From positions 1 to 36,996 of the forward strand of contig MRSU01010490.1 of NCBI GenBank assembly GCA_008369845.1: a stretch of DNA of 36,996 nucleotides, read 5' to 3'. Both the position numbers and the translations under genes were made by a program. This document shows, piece after piece, positions 19,879-29,200 of this stretch (position 1 is its first letter; each line of letters opens with the position of its first letter). Source of the stretch: Trichomonas gallinae. Its lineage: Eukaryota. A model generated the notes under the pieces. That model was not told where the DNA came from, ran no database searches, and worked only from the letters and a program-made list of their open reading frames with translations.

Positions 19879-21229
19879 GGTCATATTTATTTGAAATGTC
19901 GTCATACTTTTTGATAAAAATTCGAATTGAATTTCTTAAATCTTTTTCTTCAAGCGAAGTCACTTCATCAATCAAGTCATCGCAAAGTTCTGATGTCACC
20001 AGACTTACTAAGAGCTCTTCTTTGTTTGATAATTCTAATTTATCAAAAATTTTGTTAATGTAATAGCATATTGTTTCGTATGATATAGTTTGTGTTTGAA
20101 TACCTGAGCATATTAGTTCAAGACAGGTGTTGAAACATTCAATATTCACATCATGTGCTACTAAATGATTTAAAATAAGTAATAGAATAATTGAAAGTTG
20201 TGATTTCGCATAAACATCAGCTACTGTAAAATAATCTTGCACCAAATCTAGATATTTGTAGCAAATTTCTTGATTTAAGCTTTCACATCTAAAAATAAAC
20301 GTGATTATGCTTGCAAGATTCTCTACAACCATTTCAGATGTGTCTTTGTGAATAAATACTAAGTCATGGTAAAATGAATAAGGCAAGAAATTCCTAAATG
20401 AAATGTTTCTTATTAATAAAGCAATGCATACCTTTGGTATATATACAAACTTGGCCTCAATGTTGTTGTTGAAAATATTCGCCAGAACATTCTTTCCAGG
20501 AGCGCAATTTTGGAAATAATCTAAAAATAATTCTTCTACAAATGAAATTGATGTGATAAAATTAATGAAAATCGAACAAATGCATTTGATGACTATAGGA
20601 TTTGTTGGAATTGTCTCTGAAACAACATTTAAAAACTTTGTTTGAAATTCAGGCGATCTTTCGTCAATAGATATGTAGTAAAGCCCAACAAAGCAATAAG
20701 GAGCCATTTTATCATCATAAGGTCTTCTATTATAAATTTCTAGATATCTTTCGAATCCAATAACAAAGAAAATGTCTGAATGCAAATTAATTTTAACAAA
20801 CTGTTCCATAAGGTCTGTTATTAAACGATAATCACCGTTTGATTCGAAGATTTTGTTAATTGCTAATTCCAAATTTTCATAATTGATTGTTTGAGCAACA
20901 TTGGGGTTTGTACACAAGCATTTTAGGATAGATAGTGAATATTTTGTCCTTCTTGGCGATTCTGGATGTGAAATAAAGAAAAGAAGCATATCTGCAAAAT
21001 CTGCAAGAGATTCATGATATCTCATGAATGGAAAGTTCAATTCCTTGAATCTTTTATATATTGCTGTGATTGATATATCATTATTCTGCATGAAATTCGA
21101 AATTCCATCAATAATCATGGGAATTAATGAATCAAACGCTTCATCACTTATTGAATTATCACTATTATCGATAGTTTCCGGCGAAACATCAATTTTGAGA
21201 TGATCAAATTCATCTTTAAATTCCTCCAT
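19874..21229 (-). CDS. Hypothetical all-alpha (ARM/HEAT-like) protein
   Basis: 451-codon ORF rich in L/I/F with amphipathic helices; no diagnostic motif. Confidence 0.75.
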   Translation of the reverse strand: MEEFKDEFDHLKIDVSPETIDNSDNSISDEAFDSLIPMIIDGISNFMQNNDISITAIYKRFKELNFPFMRYHESLADFADMLLFFISHPESPRRTKYSLSILKCLCTNPNVAQTINYENLELAINKIFESNGDYRLITDLMEQFVKINLHSDIFFVIGFERYLEIYNRRPYDDKMAPYCFVGLYYISIDERSPEFQTKFLNVVSETIPTNPIVIKCICSIFINFITSISFVEELFLDYFQNCAPGKNVLANIFNNNIEAKFVYIPKVCIALLIRNISFRNFLPYSFYHDLVFIHKDTSEMVVENLASIITFIFRCESLNQEICYKYLDLVQDYFTVADVYAKSQLSIILLLILNHLVAHDVNIECFNTCLELICSGIQTQTISYETICYYINKIFDKLELSNKEELLVSLVTSELCDDLIDEVTSLEEKDLRNSIRIFIKKYDDISNKYDL

Positions 21230-21485
21230 TGATTAAACAATAAAATTATGATATGAAATCTTAGCAAAAAATAAATTTATCAAAAGATTAGAATGATTAT
21301 CATATTCAAATGCTATTAATTGGCAGTTTTAATTTCGATATATAAATATTTTTCGAAATTAGAAATAAATTTTACATAAACAAAAAAGATTCGTCGCTAT
21401 CAAGTCAATGGAAGCGAATCTATTAAACAATAAAAACAAAATAAAAATAATTTGAAAATCATACAAAAACAAACAAAACAATGGA

Positions 21486-22136
21486 TTAAACTTCCCCAGA
21501 TTCACGTATTCTATTAAGTTCTTCGATGACATTCTTCGTGTATTTTTTGAATATCGGATTTATTTCCAATATTCTTTGAATATCTTCTGTTGGGATGTCT
21601 GCTTTGATGATAAGGTCACTTGGCGACCAATACAAAAGTGGCTTTGTCGGAATCTGTAATTTTACGGATTCTCCTTCTCTAGAAGTTTCCAGTTTAAGAT
21701 TTGTACCGAATAGAATAATATTTAATGGAAGCGCGCCTTCTGGCTTAATTTGCGGGAAATTCCTCGATACTATTGCTTTGTACTTAGCAAGGACAGCCAA
21801 ATTTTTATATAGTTTCCTTTCTTTGATAAGGAGATTCATTGGAATGTTTGGACGTTGTGGATCTCCAGTTGGCGCCGGTGATGCAGTCTTTGCGCCTCCC
21901 CACGACAGTTTTTTACCATCTTTATCTATTATTCCTGTCGCTGATAAAACGTTGATGACATCGTAAATCCTACGCCGAACTGTTTCTTGGCTGAAGCCAT
22001 TTGGATTTTCGAGTGCGAGCTGATTTATCAAGAGTGTCGCTAGGTTTTCTGATGTTGTTGACTTGATCTCACGCATAAGGTCCAAAAGACGAGGCGCAAT
22101 GGCCTTTAGACAGACTTTGTCTTTATTTTCGTTCAT
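21486..22136 (-). CDS. E2F/DP-family winged-helix transcription factor, DP-like
   Basis: DEF box VRRRIYDVINVLSATGII.K.GK...W.G, plus DP dimerisation-domain-like KAIVSRN and LPLNII. Inr TCACT at 22155-22151 supports ATG 22136. Confidence 0.9.
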   Translation of the reverse strand: MNENKDKVCLKAIAPRLLDLMREIKSTTSENLATLLINQLALENPNGFSQETVRRRIYDVINVLSATGIIDKDGKKLSWGGAKTASPAPTGDPQRPNIPMNLLIKERKLYKNLAVLAKYKAIVSRNFPQIKPEGALPLNIILFGTNLKLETSREGESVKLQIPTKPLLYWSPSDLIIKADIPTEDIQRILEINPIFKKYTKNVIEELNRIRESGEV

Positions 22137-22150
22137 TTGGCGGCAGAAAA

Positions 22151-22155
22151 AGTGA
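22151..22155 (-). promoter_or_regulatory. Inr TCACT of DP-like gene
   Basis: TTCACTTTTT on the minus strand, about 15-19 nt upstream of the ATG. Confidence 0.65.
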
Positions 22156-22450
22156 ACGTTTAAAATTTTTGACATTGTAAATCTACAATCAATTCTTTAT
22201 TTACTCATATGTACTGGCGCTGTACGTGTTCAATAAACAATTTTCCTGCATGATTTTTGCGATTACCCAACAATTATGAATGGATCAAATTTTAAATTTT
22301 CATTTAGTTTTATTTCTAAGTGATATTAGTCAATTGTATTGGATCGCAATGCCAAATATTTATCATTAATGAATACATAACATTCTGAAATTCATCATCA
22401 AAAGTGACATACTGACACGTAAAGTCAGAAATTATTCGGTATGCGCGATC

Positions 22451-22547
22451 AAAAAAAAAACTTTTTTTTGAACATCCCTATATAAATCTATAGTTCACTC
22501 AGGGGAGGGATAAGGTTTCACCCATCAATGTATTAAGAATGTTCAAA
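22451..22547 (-). ncRNA. Candidate small structured RNA (family unknown)
   Basis: A 14-bp terminal stem whose two imperfect pairs are G.U only on the minus strand, an inner GATGGGT-GAA-ACCTTATC hairpin, and a downstream T10. Confidence 0.3.
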
Positions 22548-22610
22548 CTAGTTTGCCTAAAAAAAGATGTCAGAAATTAGATGTCCACATTTCTCATGCA
22601 TAAAAACTAT

Positions 22611-22769
22611 AATTGCCATGTAAAATTGGTTATTTGTCATGAAACACAATACAATGTTTTAGGCAAAATTCTTTATTATTTTTAAAATATATACATAGGA
22701 TAGTTGTTATATTCGCTCAGATGGATAAAGACTGTAAATTGCCATGTAAAATTCATTATTTGTCACGAA
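22611..22769. repeat. 33-bp direct repeat pair (30/33 identical)
   Basis: AATTGCCATGTAAAATTggTTATTTGTCAtGAA at 22611-22643 and AATTGCCATGTAAAATTcaTTATTTGTCAcGAA at 22737-22769. Confidence 0.85.
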
Positions 22770-23077
22770 GTATTTCAAAAAAAGTAGTAAAAAGAACGAA
22801 TGGATTTTTTTCTCAAAGAAAAATTAGAAATAACGAAGAAATATCGTAAAATTACTGACATATACAGTGTTTTCTGCAAGAATCATCCCGCCCATCACGA
22901 TAAACGTTGACGCACTCACAATTTATTCAAAATTCACAAAATTCAATTTTCGGATTTTTGGGCTTCTCTCTGCTATTTATATCTATGCCCATCAAAAAAT
23001 TCTATGAATAATTATTAATTATTTTTCTCACGATTCCGCTTGCACAGATTGACGATGTCTGTGTGACAGGCGAAAAT

Positions 23078-23683
23078 ATGGACACGCTGAAGATAGGGGA
23101 GAAAATAGATGACACAATTATTCACTTCCTTTGCTGTCTAGAAGCAAAGAGATTCGAAAACCAAATGAAACTTTACAAATTCGTTTCTCCGCTTGTAACA
23201 CAATTACTGCAAACAATGTCGATAGAACAAGCAGCTGAGTTCCTAGAATCTGCATCATTCAAAAGCTATGATATAATTTTTTTTCCTTTATCTAACTTGA
23301 AAGGTGAAGTTTTTGGACATTGGTCATTACTTATATGGTGCAGAAAGATGAAAAACAAGTTCTTACACTTTGACTCCTTGAAAAATGTTAATATTATTCC
23401 AGCAAAAAATCTCACTGAGAAAATAGTCAAATGCTGCCAATTAAAGGGTTACAAGTTCAAAAACATGAAATCTCCACTTCAAAACAACAATACAGATTGT
23501 GGAGTTTATTTGATGGCAATAATGGATGAAATTGCCACGACCAAGAAGATTTCGGACTTATTGATTACAAAGATTAATCAAGAATATATTAATAGGTTTA
23601 GATTCGCTTTGATGTCTTGCATAATGGATCAAAACTCTTCCAAATATGACTGGGAGAAATACCACAGGCTACTAAGATGTTAA
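23078..23683 (+). CDS. Ulp1/C48 cysteine protease, SENP8/NEDP1-like (true start may be upstream, ACG 23030)
   Basis: Catalytic motifs GHWSLL, HFDS and QNNNTDCGVY, plus FVSP.VTQL and IFFP, as in SENP8. Confidence 0.88.
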   Translation: MDTLKIGEKIDDTIIHFLCCLEAKRFENQMKLYKFVSPLVTQLLQTMSIEQAAEFLESASFKSYDIIFFPLSNLKGEVFGHWSLLIWCRKMKNKFLHFDSLKNVNIIPAKNLTEKIVKCCQLKGYKFKNMKSPLQNNNTDCGVYLMAIMDEIATTKKISDLLITKINQEYINRFRFALMSCIMDQNSSKYDWEKYHRLLRC

Positions 23684-24074
23684 CTACCAATATTATAATT
23701 GTTTGTATGTCATAAAGCAAATATTTTTAATATTTGCTTTTTAATAGTAAAACTATTCTATCCGTTTCTATCACTTGAGATCTGTAGTCCTTAATAACCT
23801 GTTTCCTTTGATATATAATATCTAATAATTATTTTTTAATTTATCTTCTTGATATTTATTTTTTTCACATAGAATGATTGAATTTAGCTTCTTCAATACA
23901 CTAATGATTCAGTGTTTAGCAAATTGAAGGCAATCAAACAAAAAATATTAACTCCAAACAGAAATGTACATTTCTCCTTTGTCATTCTATGATAAAAGTC
24001 AAAAAAAAAAGAGAAAATTATGGTCATTTGACTTGAACCAAACTAATGCAAAAACCCTGCATTTCTTTCACCAT

Positions 24075-24180
24075 TGTAAAGTATGAAAATGCCAGAAATC
24101 TTTTTGTAAAGTGCCAGAATGACAGAATAATATTTTTGACAAAATGACAAAATGTCAGAAATATTTGTAAAATGACAAAA
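24075..24180 (+). repeat. Cluster of seven TGNCA(G/A)AA octamers and three TGTAAA units upstream of BLOC1S2
   Basis: Octamers at 24090, 24112, 24120, 24137, 24145, 24153 and 24173; TGTAAA at 24075, 24105 and 24166. Confidence 0.7.
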
Positions 24181-24195
24181 TAATTTTATTTTCAT

Positions 24196-24531
24196 ATGAG
24201 TGAAAAGCCGGCAATTAACACAGCAGCTGAAGCTCTTACAAAAGACATCTCTGAATACATGCAGCTCCAAGCTGAGGAACTTTCTGACACATTCGAGCTC
24301 GTTTTTCAGCTTAATCAGGCTGCAATCGGAAAATATGGCGAATTAGTTGATGAAGCTGCATCATTAAAGGATAAGGCTTCTGCCCTCCAGGAGCAGGAAA
24401 TTGGTGTTGCATCATTTCTCAGCAATCTAAGCGTCATCGAAGCAGATATTACAAATCTCGAAGATACAATTTCTAAATTAGAAGGATATTGCACACTTTT
24501 AGAGTCAAAGGTTGCTAATGTCCAGCATTAA
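24196..24531 (+). CDS. BLOC1S2: BLOC-1/BORC subunit 2-like protein
   Basis: 111-aa coiled coil matching the BLOS2 pattern (EY...Q.E.....EL..QLN.AA..KY.EL; FL..L.VIE..IT.LE..I.KLEGY...LESK). Confidence 0.75.
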   Translation: MSEKPAINTAAEALTKDISEYMQLQAEELSDTFELVFQLNQAAIGKYGELVDEAASLKDKASALQEQEIGVASFLSNLSVIEADITNLEDTISKLEGYCTLLESKVANVQH

Positions 24532-24964
24532 TTATTCTTTCGAATTAACTGTTTCATTAACTTCTTAAATTCGATTTTATATTTAAGAATAAAATTACTC
24601 CTTCTATACAATCAGGCCATGCGCCATATATCAACTCCATCTCGATTTTCTTGATTCATGAAAATCAAAATTTTTATTTTTTGAACCAAACAATATATTG
24701 ACACATATTCATCTAAATATATTCATATCACTAACATATTATTTCAAATCAAAGCTAAACAAAACTTATTATGCAAAAATTAATATTTTCATTTTAATTT
24801 TTTAGCAGAAATAGCTTTTATAATAATAGGTTTTGCATTAGATAGTATAAAATAGCAATGATTTCCATTATATTTTGGATGATTCCTGAAAAATTATATT
24901 TGATAAAATAATATCTAAGAAAAAATGTGAAATATTTGTGTGAATGTAATAAACAAGATGCGCT

Positions 24965-25735
24965 TTATTTCATTTTTTCCTCTATTAAAGATAGTTTCTT
25001 ATCTAGTGTTTGAATTCTCAAAGCAATGTCGCCGCTATCAGCTGCAGGCTCTATATTATATCCATTTTCAGATGTAAGTATATGGAAATCTTTTGCAATA
25101 TCGAAATCTTCTGGTTGAGATTCTAATGCTTCTAAAAACATTGTATTTTGTCTTTCTTTTGCAATATCTGCAGCGACTTTCTCATTATTGTTGGTAATAG
25201 ATGGATCAGCGCCTAAAGATAACAAAGCATAAACGAGATTTGGAATTCTTCTTGTTGTTGCTATATGTAGTGCTGTATTTCCTGATTTATTTTGATGGTT
25301 TGGATCAGCGCCACTAAGTAAAAGATACTCAACAATATCAAGGGAGCTCACAGAGACAGCGAGCATCAATGGTGTTGTTTCTACATCAGTTGTGACTTCT
25401 AAATGTGATTCATCTGATTCTAGCATGTATTTTATGATGTTCAGTTGACTTGTTGCTACGGCATAATGAATTGGTTTCCAGCCATTTACTTCCAAAAACT
25501 GATTAGCACCTAAATCGATTAATTTCTTAACGACATCGAATTTTCTACATAATATAGCGTAAATTAGTGGTGTTGGATATCTTGGAATTAAGACTCCTCT
25601 CAGTAAATCGTGATTTGGAATTTCAATTTTTGAAATTAAAATGTCATCTATGTTATCTGACGTAAGACCTAATGCTTCTATGCCTTTTGCATCATTTGTC
25701 TTGATGCAATGTATCAAAGAAGCCTCAAAATTCAT
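24965..25735 (-). CDS. Ankyrin-repeat protein
   Basis: Four ankyrin repeats (TPLIYAI, GWKPIHYA, TPLMLA...GADPN, GNTALHIA...GADPS) and a short C-terminal coil; the stop forms TAAA. Confidence 0.92.
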   Translation of the reverse strand: MNFEASLIHCIKTNDAKGIEALGLTSDNIDDILISKIEIPNHDLLRGVLIPRYPTPLIYAILCRKFDVVKKLIDLGANQFLEVNGWKPIHYAVATSQLNIIKYMLESDESHLEVTTDVETTPLMLAVSVSSLDIVEYLLLSGADPNHQNKSGNTALHIATTRRIPNLVYALLSLGADPSITNNNEKVAADIAKERQNTMFLEALESQPEDFDIAKDFHILTSENGYNIEPAADSGDIALRIQTLDKKLSLIEEKMK

Positions 25736-26202
25736 TAATTTTTTAAAAATGTGTCAAATCATTTTTGCCACATAAATATTTACATGTCAAAATAATTTTA
25801 GCAATATTTTGTTATAATTCAAGAAAAAATATGAACAGATTCGAGTTATAGTTTGACTAAGATTCTCAAGCAGTGCTTGCTCAATCATCTTGTGTTTAAT
25901 CTTTTTAAACTAACAATAATTATATAGTGATAAAGCATTGATTATGGCTATATCAAATAATGCAATATAAAGAATTCAACAAAATTGCTTTGATTGTTGC
26001 TTCAATATTCCGTTATCATTCTTTTGGATATATCATGCAGAACGTTCAATGTGATTGAAAGAGTTCTCTCCATTAAGGATTTCAAAAGCCTTTTTTCGGT
26101 AGTCTTATTTTAACTCATATGTTATCAAATGATTTTAATGATATAACGCAAAATAAACTTTATAAATAAAACAAATAAAAAACAAGAAAAAATAAAACAA
26201 AA

Positions 26203-29200
26203 CTAAGTAATAGAAATATTAATTGGCTGGTAAGTAATCTTTCCGCTCTTTTCAACTAAGACAATGCTTTCTGTATTCAATGAGAACATAATATTAACAA
26301 ATCCGGTGGAAATTCCTGTCGAATAAACATTGAATTGCAAAGTGTAGACTTCTGCAACTAAAAGTCTTCCCTTGGAGTTGCTGACGCATATGTAATCGAA
26401 TCCGTGAGCGCTTGCGAACGAAACCATGTTTGTAACCAATGAATCACATCTCACAGTTTTTTCTATGACGAATTCACCGTTGATTGTGAAGACGGAGACT
26501 GTGAAATTCGACTCGCTGCAAACTAAAGCGACAATGAATCCCCACGACGGAGTAACTGCGACTTTTACTGGCTCACCTTTGACATCTAGAACCATTATTG
26601 TGTTACCATTTGCCAAGTTTGTGACAATAATTCCACCGTCTCTTGTTCCAGACACGATTACTTTGAAAGTCTCTGAGACAGCCATGCACGTGACAGTTTC
26701 TCTGTATATATGTGTTGAATATGCAATTTTCTTCGAAAAACCACTGCGATAAATGTTCAGAATGTTGTCTGTTCCTGATGTTGCTAGATAAGGACCATCA
26801 GCTGAAATTGAGCAGATCTCTTTATGCGGTGATGGAGTCGTTGAGGCAACCTGCTTGTCTAAGCCGAGAACAAAGAAGTTGCTTGCTGATTTCGCAGTCG
26901 CAATGATGAAATCATGGCCCATGCAGAATAAGCAATCTTTGTTCACGCTCTGGCGAATTGATTTGGAGCTGATTGGCTGTGCATCGACTTCTACGACTTG
27001 GAATGTTTGGTTATTTGTTAGCTCATTCAAGAAATGAATAATTCCATCTTCGCTCACTAAAACTAATCTACCGAGTTTGTCGAAGTTTGCATAGATGACG
27101 CTTTTCATTGATTGTAAGTTGCAGGAATAAGTTCCAGTTAAAACTGACTTGATGTTCATGTTTTTCTTCGGGTGAGGCTTAGTAAACAGCCTATGGGGGA
27201 TCTGGCCTAAGAACTTCAAGTATGTTTTCAGTGTCATTAATATTGGAGAGTCTTCACCAAACTTTTCTGTCGCAACATCCCATATATCTTCCAATAATTT
27301 TGGCTCGTAAAGATTATTTGCTTTTTCTGCCTCTTCTCCTCTTTGTTTATCTCCCCATATCAAGTCTATCCACTCGTTCAAGAGCTTGGAAACGTAGTCA
27401 GACTCAAGAGCTTTCCTCTGCTTGTAGACGAAATCCAAAGGAGAAGAAGCCCAAGGAGGCAAAACTACGTCACCTATTTTTCCGCTGTGTGTTGCTCCGA
27501 GATCGAAATCGTTAGTGTTCTTGAGGAATTCTGGCTCGAAGAAGAACTCTGGGACCAGTTCTCTCGTATCATTAATGTCAACGAAAACGTTTTTAATGCT
27601 TAAATTGTAGTTTGCAAAAATTCTGTCAGCTACATCAAATTTGCCGCTTTGCAGCTCGATGTGGCAAGAAGTGAATGGCTCCATTCTGATCAAGTAATGA
27701 CAAATGACTAAGCTTGATATTGGACCAGAAGAATACAAATAATGGTCATCGTTGTCGCTCATTTTTTCAATGAGTTTCTCGAGTTTTTCATCTGATTGAG
27801 CACCGATTGGCTTCGTTAAATCTCTGAACATCGCTGGATCACTAATGTTATAGTTATCAGTCGGAACAATGATCAACGGGAAAATTGGGTACTGGGACAT
27901 GTCATTAAATGATCTTCCGCTTAACAAATTCAATGTCATCAAATAACCAAAGTTTGACATTTTCCCGTTGACCCATTTATCAGTGAAGCCAGAATTACTC
28001 ATGAAATCGATGAAATTTGTTGTTTGGATTCTGCCTTTGAGCTGTGCATCCATCTTCTTAAGAATTGTCAAAGAGTTTTGTGTATCAACAAATTCTATAA
28101 AATATGTTTTTCCATAATGAGTGAAAATCTCAATCGAATTCGGTTTATGGTAACGAGTTCTGTAATAGACGAATCTGATGTGCGGATGTGGAATTGTTGT
28201 AATCGAAGAATCTCCTGAAATGATGTCGATTGTATTCGAAGAGTATCCAAACCAGCATCTTTTGCTGCCAGTCACTTTGATTAATTTACATCGAGCAACA
28301 AAAGTATATCTACCGTTCGACAGAATTCTTTTTGGAGGGAAATCTGCCTTTTTAGCTTTGTAATTTTCAGGAGAAACTTCAGCAACAACAGAATCTCTGA
28401 ACTTTGAAGCTAGCATGTGATCATTGAAGTTGTGGTTGATTTTGAGCTTGATCGGACAACCGTAGTAAGTCGATGTGTTGTCTCTCTTCCACCTAGTTAT
28501 CTTCTTAGGAACAATTGAGCTCCACGGAGCATTCTCTGATGTCATGGCAGACATAATTCTCTTCCACTGCTCATTCGACTCGTGCTGGGCCAATATTCTA
28601 CGGCTGAATGCTTGAGTTACGTGTTTATCTTCTGATTCTATGTCCTCTGAAATCGTGTTAACGAAATCTGTTGCAAGTGACAGAATGTTCTTGAACCCTT
28701 CGGTCATTTCTTGGTTGACGAGTTTAATTTCGTTGAATGCTTTGAGTCCGATGTCGAATAGTTTCGAAAATGAATCTGTTATATCTACAATGTGACTCGT
28801 GTATTTGTTGATACGCGAAAAAATGTCTGCGTAGCAGTTCTCTATGTTTGTGTTTGACTTCATAATTAGTGTCGCCAAAAATGCACCATAAGAATTTACT
28901 TGAATTGTATCGAAGTGGACCATCAGCTTCAGGAGCTGCTCGGCTAACAAAGAATCAAGCCATCTCAGTGGATATCCGCTTATCCTGTAGCTGCAGATGA
29001 AGTTGTTGATGTCTATCGAGTTTCTAATTAAATTATTTAGCAAAGAAAAACCTTGTAAATTTTTGTTGTCGTCAACATTTTTCGCATTTTCTGTGGGCCG
29101 GTTTGGTGGTGCAAATGGAGAGTTAAGGTATTCATTAATCAAAGCTCTGTTCGGCGATGATTCATGCCTCATCATCATGAAGAAAAAAGCGTGCTTAAAA

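Noticed and set aside
22467..22547. Hammerhead ribozyme, TPP riboswitch or SECIS identity for the hairpin element
   Set aside because: No properly framed CUGANGA/GAAA core, TPP conserved blocks are incomplete, the helix is too short for SECIS, and it is not in a 3' UTR.
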